The notes beneath the pieces are model-generated. The model did not search any database, was not told where the DNA came from, and worked only from the letters and a program-made list of their open reading frames with translations. Source: Dictyostelium discoideum (Eukaryota). Taken from it: a stretch of DNA of 2,216 bases. Both the position numbers and the translations under genes were made by a program. Each line of letters opens with the position of its first letter. Positions within the stretch are counted from its first letter, which is position 1. Where the stretch lies: NCBI GenBank assembly GCA_000004695.1, contig CH709150.1:1-2216 (forward strand), written 5' to 3'. This document shows, piece after piece, positions 1 through 2,216 of the stretch.

Positions 1-171
1 TGAATTGGTATTAGATGAGAACATAGGTTCTTTCATGAATCTTGTAAAGGCTAAGGAAATGTTGTTGATTTGATCCTCCATTGATTTCATTCTTAAATCA
101 AAGGATTCAGCACTATTAGAGGCAGAGGTACTACTACTAGAGGCTTCATTATTATTAACAGTGGTAGACAT
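1..171 (-). CDS. 5' partial CDS (N-terminal 57 codons) of an Asn/Ser-rich hypothetical protein. It continues beyond the window start.
   Basis: Reverse complement of 1-171 reads ATG TCT ACC ACT GTT AAT AAT AAT GAA GCC ..., i.e. MSTTVNNNEASSSSTSASNSAESFDLRMKSMEDQINNISLAFTRFMKEPMFSSNTNS, with no stop. An in-frame TAA lies two codons upstream of the ATG (RC of 175-177), so this is the first Met. The context is A-rich (aaaatATGt). Third-position A/T codon bias fits an AT-rich eukaryote. The ORF track misses it because it runs off the window edge. Confidence 0.5.
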   Translation of the reverse strand, partial: MSTTVNNNEASSSSTSASNSAESFDLRMKSMEDQINNISLAFTRFMKEPMFSSNTNS

Positions 172-288
172 ATTTTATTGTTGATATCTAAAATTATAAT
201 ATGAGAAAAATAATAATATTAAAAATTAATAAAGAGAAATAATTATTTGTATAAAATTTGTGTGTGTGTATCTTAAATATATATAGGA
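172..288 (-). promoter_or_regulatory. Putative 5' UTR/promoter region of the 1-171 gene, >85% AT. It lies between the start codon and the TIR element.
   Basis: The call is by position and composition only. TATA-like runs (ttttata, tataat) are present but non-specific in such AT-rich DNA. Confidence 0.25.
259..268. repeat. (TG)5 alternating purine-pyrimidine tract with Z-DNA-forming potential, 20 bp outside the left terminus of the element.
   Basis: tgtgtgtgtg read directly. The only GT microsatellite in the window. Confidence 0.85.
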
Positions 289-390
289 GGAATTCCCAAA
301 TAAAATAAATCAAATTTTTTTAGTTTTTAGTGCCACTATTTATACGTTTTTATTTTCTTAAAAATTTCGCAAAACTCAAAAAAATAAGAG

Positions 391-492
391 TTTTCGACCC
401 TTCACAACTTTGTGCATAGTGTCGGTTCGGAATTTTTCAGTTTTTCGACCTTGCGCAATGATCGCGTCATTGTGCCGGTTCGAAATTTTTAC
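391..492 (+). repeat. Two tandem ~50-bp CpG-rich subrepeats inside TIR-L, with ~70% mutual identity.
   Basis: Unit 1 (391-440) is ttttcgacccttcacaactttgtgcatagtgtcggttcggaatttttcag. Unit 2 (441-492) is tttttcgaccttgcgcaatgatcgcgtcattgtgccggttcgaaatttttac. They share the tttcgacc and gtg.cggttcg.aattttt blocks. Each contains GGTTCG(A/G)A, which resembles the tRNA B-box GGTTCGANTCC in 8 of 11 positions. About 12 CpGs fall in 130 bp, against almost none elsewhere in the AT-rich DNA. Confidence 0.7.
453..475 (+). other. Hairpin-forming palindrome in subrepeat unit 2, with a 9-bp stem (including one G-T/U wobble) and a 5-nt loop.
   Basis: gcgcaatga-tcgcg-tcattgtgc. Pairs are g453-c475, c454-g474, g455-t473, c456-g472, a457-t471, a458-t470, t459-a469, g460-c468 and a461-t467. 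Confidence 0.5.
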
Positions 493-516
493 TTTTCTTT
501 CGAAAATTTTTTATTC

Positions 517-537
517 TTCGAATGTTATAGAACATTC
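517..537. promoter_or_regulatory. Heat-shock-element-like array in TIR-L: GAAnnTTannGAAnnTTC, four contiguous pentamer units of which three are perfect.
   Basis: ttcGAAtgTTataGAAcaTTC. GAA at 520-522, TTa at 525-527, GAA at 530-532 and TTC at 535-537, all at exact 5-bp phasing. It also forms a 7-bp inverted repeat gaatgtt/aacattc. Confidence 0.5.
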
Positions 538-581
538 TAAAAAATTATCTTAAATATTTGGGAAATTCAAATAAATAAATG

Positions 582-932
582 TTATTCATAATATATATAT
601 ATATATGATAATATAAATACGTTTGATAGTGGATAAGTGCTTGAATACTTGATTTGCATCCCATATCTCAACCTACCAGTCATAATTCTTGTAATGAATA
701 GATCATTAACAATATCAGTTTGATTCCTAAGGAGTAACAACTGATTCAACATAGAGCGATTACCGTTTATTGTGGAGAAGGCTAACGGAGGTTTGTGCTT
801 GAACAGATGTGTAAGATAATCCATGAAAACAACTAAAGTAATGTTTGCTGGATTCAAAGAGTTCAAAGTTTGGTCAATACTTCTTGGAATGTTTCCAGTA
901 TTTGAGGAAACATGTGACGATGATAACGACCT
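582..932 (-). CDS. Hypothetical open reading frame of 116 sense codons with no ATG at its 5' end (first Met at codon ~36). Possibly cargo, or a pseudogene fragment.
   Basis: The minus-strand frame is open from the TAA (RC of 933-935) to the TAA (RC of 582-584). It reads RSLSSSHVSSNTGNIPRSIDQTLNSLNPANITLVVFMDYLTHLFKHKPPLAFSTINGNRSMLNQLLLLRNQTDIVNDLFITRIMTGRLRYGMQIKYSSTYPLSNVFILSYIYIYYE. The 'M' in the ORF track at 864-866 is actually a TTG (Leu). GC is ~35-40% and CTG/CCG/CGC/GGG/AGG/CTC codons appear, which differs from the flanking gene usage. The last 7 codons only read through the (AT)n tract. Confidence 0.3.
   Translation of the reverse strand, partial: RSLSSSHVSSNTGNIPRSIDQTLNSLNPANITLVVFMDYLTHLFKHKPPLAFSTINGNRSMLNQLLLLRNQTDIVNDLFITRIMTGRLRYGMQIKYSSTYPLSNVFILSYIYIYYE
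595..617 (+). repeat. Direct repeat copy 1: atatatatatatgataatataaa. This is the inner-end motif of TIR-L.
   Basis: Identical 23-mer at 1140-1162. Both are followed by a[t/a][a/g]cg. Confidence 0.8.
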
Positions 933-1045
933 TTAAAATCACCTTAAAAATCACCTTAAAAATTGCTTAAAAATTTAATTTAAAGAAAATTTTAAAGGCA
1001 TTTTTAAATATCTTAAAAATTACCTTAAAAATTACCTTAAAAATG
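929..1045. repeat. Degenerate 12-bp minisatellite (A/G)(C/T)CTTAAAAAT(C/T), about 7 copies in two blocks, immediately upstream (on the minus strand) of the 582-932 ORF.
   Basis: acctttaaaatc 929-940, accttaaaaatc 941-952, accttaaaaatt 953-964, gcttaaaaattt 965-976, then a 33-bp spacer, then atcttaaaaatt 1010-1021, accttaaaaatt 1022-1033 and accttaaaaatg 1034-1045. Confidence 0.8.
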
Positions 1046-1057
1046 AATTTTTTAAAC

Positions 1058-1118
1058 GCGGCTTTAAATTCAATTTAAATCCAATTTAAATAAACTTTGC
1101 TTTAAATTTGCTTTAAAG
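1058..1118. repeat. Second short-repeat cluster with a TTTAAA core: (g/t)gctttaaa(t/g) x3 and caatttaaat x2.
   Basis: ggctttaaatt 1060-1070, caatttaaat 1071-1080, ccaatttaaat 1081-1091, ttgctttaaat 1097-1107 and ttgctttaaag 1108-1118. Confidence 0.7.
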
Positions 1119-1139
1119 GTGGATTTTTCTTTGCTGTGA

Positions 1140-1162
1140 ATATATATATATGATAATATAAA
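1140..1162 (+). repeat. Direct repeat copy 2: atatatatatatgataatataaa, internal to the element.
   Basis: Exact match to 595-617. Together the two copies bracket module A (619-1139). Confidence 0.8.
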
Positions 1163-1171
1163 AGCGATTAG

Positions 1172-1197
1172 CCTAGGAGATCTAGAAGTGTTTAAAC
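1172..1197. other. Cluster of overlapping 6- and 8-cutter palindromes resembling a cloning linker: AvrII CCTAGG, BglII AGATCT, XbaI TCTAGA, PmeI GTTTAAAC.
   Basis: cctagg 1172-1177, agatct 1178-1183, tctaga 1181-1186 and gtttaaac 1190-1197, all read directly. The cluster sits exactly at the junction between direct-repeat copy 2 and module B. Confidence 0.6.
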
Positions 1198-1780
1198 TTA
1201 TTGGCTGGGTTACTTTATTGATCGGCATCCCCTTTATTATATTCAATAAACAACTACAAAAATTAACCCATTGTTCCGAATAAGTCCATGGGAAGAACTC
1301 ATTTATTACTTGCTTAGACTAAGCCTGCTTATAGAGTATAGGATTTGGCTTGTTGTCTGATCATTATGGGGAAATAACCATTGGCGCTCTATCTGCACCG
1401 CTTATGGGAAGCACCCTATTTTGAGTACTTTTCGACCTACTTCCATCAGACATTGGCATAACCTTATGTGTATCTGTACCAACTAAATCTATCGCTATCG
1501 AAGTTATGTTTGAATTTGATGCGGGTCCAAATTGACCTCCAAACTCCGCAACAGGTAGCGTCAATTCCTACCCCCCTATCAGGATGCTAGGCAGCTTATT
1601 AACCCCAGAACAGAAAAAATCATGAAGGATAACCGAGCGATCCCATACCAGTAGGTTTTGGGCACCACATTCAATGCAAATTGGAGTATAATCGACCTGC
1701 TATTTGTGAAGGCCCCAACGCTTTTCATATTATAAAAAAATCTTACGTTTCTCCCTCAGATGCTAAAGTGAAGCCATAAA
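1198..1780. other. Module B, a ~580-bp non-coding island of roughly 40-50% GC. Candidate structured ncRNA or decayed foreign cargo.
   Basis: Stops are dense in all six frames; the longest ORF is 66 aa on the minus strand. GC was spot-counted at 37% for 1301-1360 and 50% for 1541-1600, against <20% in the flanks. No 3-nt periodicity or internal repeats were recognised. No rRNA, 5S, U6 or tRNA cloverleaf motif was recognised. Confidence 0.35.
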
Positions 1781-1878
1781 TTAAAAATTTAATTTATTAT
1801 ATTAAATATATATATATATATATATTATGAATAACATTTATTTATTAGAATTTCCCAAATATATAAGATAATTTTTTA

Positions 1879-1896
1879 GAATGTTCTAAAACATTC
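1879..1896. promoter_or_regulatory. Heat-shock-element-like array in TIR-R: GAAnnTTCnnaAAnnTTC.
   Basis: GAAtgTTCtaaaacaTTC. GAA at 1879-1881, TTC at 1884-1886, aAA at 1889-1891 and TTC at 1894-1896. This is the mirror copy of the TIR-L site. Confidence 0.5.
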
Positions 1897-1934
1897 GAAG
1901 AAAAAAAAAATTTCGAAAGAAAAGTAAAAAATTT

Positions 1935-1942
1935 CCACGTGG
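1935..1942. promoter_or_regulatory. CCACGTGG palindrome (CACGTG E-/G-box core) within the unique central block of TIR-R. It can pair with downstream ccaagtgg as a hairpin.
   Basis: ccacgtgg(ggcgataattatg)ccaagtgg has 7/8 complementary arms. This 45-bp unit replaces the two subrepeats present in TIR-L. Confidence 0.3.
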
Positions 1943-2057
1943 GGCGATAATTATGCCAAGTGGCAAAAACAGTTTTGTGAAATTTTTAAGAAAATAAAAA
2001 AAATAAAAATAGTGGCACTAAAAACTAAAACAATTTGATATATGGAATTCCAACTAT

Positions 2058-2073
2058 GGGCGGGTGGGATGGG
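2058..2073 (+). other. Canonical G-quadruplex motif GGG-C-GGG-T-GGG-AT-GGG, 7 bp outside the right terminus of the element.
   Basis: gggcgggtgggatggg has four G3 runs with loops of 1, 1 and 2 nt. It is extremely unusual in >80% AT surroundings. Confidence 0.8.
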
Positions 2074-2126
2074 ACTAATATATATAAATTTTTAATATGA
2101 AATATAATTTAATAAATTTTTAATCT

Positions 2127-2155
2127 ATTTTATCATATATATATATATTATGAAA
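2127..2155 (-). repeat. Extra inverted copy of the TIR inner-end motif (ttcataat(at)n gataa) located outside the element in the right flank.
   Basis: 2127-2155 is ttttatcatatatatatatattatgaa. Its reverse complement, ttcataatatatatatatatgataaaa, matches 585-613 (ttcataatatatatatatatatgataatat). It is also a direct repeat of atatatatatattatgaa inside TIR-R (1813-1832). Confidence 0.6.
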
Positions 2156-2216
2156 TTTGGACTACAGTATTTAAGAAACCACCAGATTTTTCACCAATGA
2201 TTCTTTTATCGTAGAA
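2148..2216 (-). CDS. Possible 3' end (last 22 codons plus TAA stop) of a minus-strand gene that enters from beyond the window end.
   Basis: RC of 2151-2216 reads TTC TAC GAT AAA AGA ATC ATT GGT GAA AAA TCT GGT GGT TTC TTA AAT ACT GTA GTC CAA ATT TCA, then TAA (RC of 2148-2150). This is FYDKRIIGEKSGGFLNTVVQIS*. Codon choice (GGT, AGA, TTA) matches the left-flank gene. The open stretch is only 22 codons, so evidence is weak. Confidence 0.3.
   Translation of the reverse strand, partial: FYDKRIIGEKSGGFLNTVVQIS

Larger units (their letters stand above)
289..606 (+). repeat. Left terminal inverted repeat (TIR-L), ~318 bp. Longer than TIR-R because of a duplicated internal subrepeat.
   Basis: Alignment to the reverse complement of 1808-2051 as described for the whole element. 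Ends in (AT)8 at 591-606. Confidence 0.8.
289..2051. mobile_element. Composite non-autonomous element, ~1763 bp, bounded by long imperfect terminal inverted repeats. No transposase or recombinase ORF inside.
   Basis: Reverse complement of 289-606 aligns with 1808-2051. A ~95-bp inner block (..tatgaataacatttatttatt[t/a]gaatttcccaaatat[t/a]taagataattttttagaatgttcta[t/a]aacattcgaag..tttcgaaagaaaagtaaaaa) is ~95% identical. The outer block (aaatttttaagaaaataaaaa .. atagtggcactaaaaactaaaa .. aatttgat .. ggaattcc) is also shared. Both termini are GGAATTCC (289-296 and 2044-2051). The interior lacks any ORF >116 codons. Confidence 0.55.
1808..2051 (-). repeat. Right terminal inverted repeat (TIR-R), ~244 bp.
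   Basis: Begins with (TA)9-10 at 1808-1826, followed by tatgaataacatttatttatt.... Ends at ggaattcc 2044-2051. Matches the reverse complement of TIR-L except for the central variable block. Confidence 0.8.

Noticed and set aside
423-488. A tRNA gene or tRNA-derived SINE, suggested by the GGTTCGAA T-loop/B-box-like motifs.
   Set aside because: No complementary T-stem, no A-box at the correct spacing, and no acceptor stem or cloverleaf can be drawn. I kept it only as a B-box-like motif within the TIR subrepeats.
864-866. The 'M' start of the 94-aa ORF in the track.
   Set aside because: The codon is TTG (RC of caa), an alternative bacterial start that the ORF finder rendered as Met. In a eukaryotic context it is Leu. 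The frame actually stays open upstream to 932, and there is no genuine ATG start there.
929-1118. CRISPR-like array.
   Set aside because: The repeats are only 10-12 bp, contiguous, with no unique spacers. The context is eukaryotic and AT-rich. This is a minisatellite/iteron-type array, not CRISPR.
1364-1564. 66-aa minus-strand ORF from the six-frame track, inside module B.
   Set aside because: It is short, and surrounded by stops in all frames. The amino-acid composition shows no bias, and there is no start context or periodicity. It is consistent with a chance ORF in ~45% GC DNA.
607-1807. Autonomous transposon or DIRS-like retroelement coding capacity (transposase, RT, tyrosine recombinase) inside the TIRs.
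   Set aside because: The interior is only ~1.2 kb and the longest open frame is 116 codons with no recognisable catalytic motifs. The element is therefore called non-autonomous. The DIRS-1 similarity is limited to the concept of HSE-bearing long inverted terminal repeats.
280-2060. Target-site duplication flanking the element.
   Set aside because: I compared the bases outside both GGAATTCC termini (..aatatatata| versus |aactatggg) and at shifted boundaries. No direct repeat of 2-10 bp is convincing. A TA dinucleotide match would be meaningless in this composition.
172-2160. Extension of the inverted-repeat similarity into the flanks, as a shared 12-mer aatttttaatat at ~200-215 (RC) and 2087-2098.
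   Set aside because: This is a low-complexity AT-rich match with a chance expectation near 0.1 for flanks of this size and composition. I did not treat it as part of the element.
2151-2201. Short plus-strand ORF ATG AAA TTT GGA ... TGA (MKFGLQYLRNHQIFHQ*).
   Set aside because: It is only 16 codons. The opposite strand gives a more gene-like C-terminal reading with host-like codon usage and a stop embedded in the repeat motif.

Overview
The window is very AT-rich, eukaryote-like DNA with Asn/Ser-rich coding in a standard code. This composition resembles dictyostelid or apicomplexan genomes, but the organism cannot be determined from sequence alone. The dominant structure is a ~1.76 kb composite element at 289-2051 bounded by long, imperfect terminal inverted repeats: TIR-L at 289-606 and TIR-R at 1808-2051. 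Both termini are the palindromic octamer GGAATTCC. The element sits in the spacer between two apparent minus-strand genes. One is an N-terminal partial CDS at 1-171. The other is a probable C-terminal fragment ending with a stop at 2148-2150. I found no transposase-sized ORF and no convincing target-site duplication, so it looks like a non-autonomous TIR/foldback-type element. Both TIRs carry heat-shock-element-like GAAnnTTC arrays. TIR-L additionally has two tandem CpG-rich ~50-bp subrepeats with a 9-bp-stem hairpin and tRNA B-box-like motifs. TIR-R carries a single divergent unit containing a CACGTG palindrome. The interior has two compositionally distinct modules. Module A (619-1139) holds a 116-codon open frame on the minus strand with no ATG start codon and codon usage atypical for the flanks, followed by an iteron-like array of ~12-bp CCTTAAAAAT-type and TTTAAA-core repeats. 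Module A is bracketed by a 23-bp direct repeat (595-617 and 1140-1162) that is itself the inner-end motif of the TIRs, and a further inverted copy lies outside the element at 2127-2155. Module B (1198-1780) is a ~580-bp island of roughly 40-50% GC with no ORF, a candidate ncRNA or foreign cargo. It is preceded by a dense cluster of overlapping palindromic restriction sites (AvrII-BglII-XbaI-PmeI) that looks like a cloning linker. A perfect G-quadruplex motif abuts the right terminus and a (TG)5 tract lies 20 bp outside the left terminus. Everything here comes from reading the sequence; no database search was possible.
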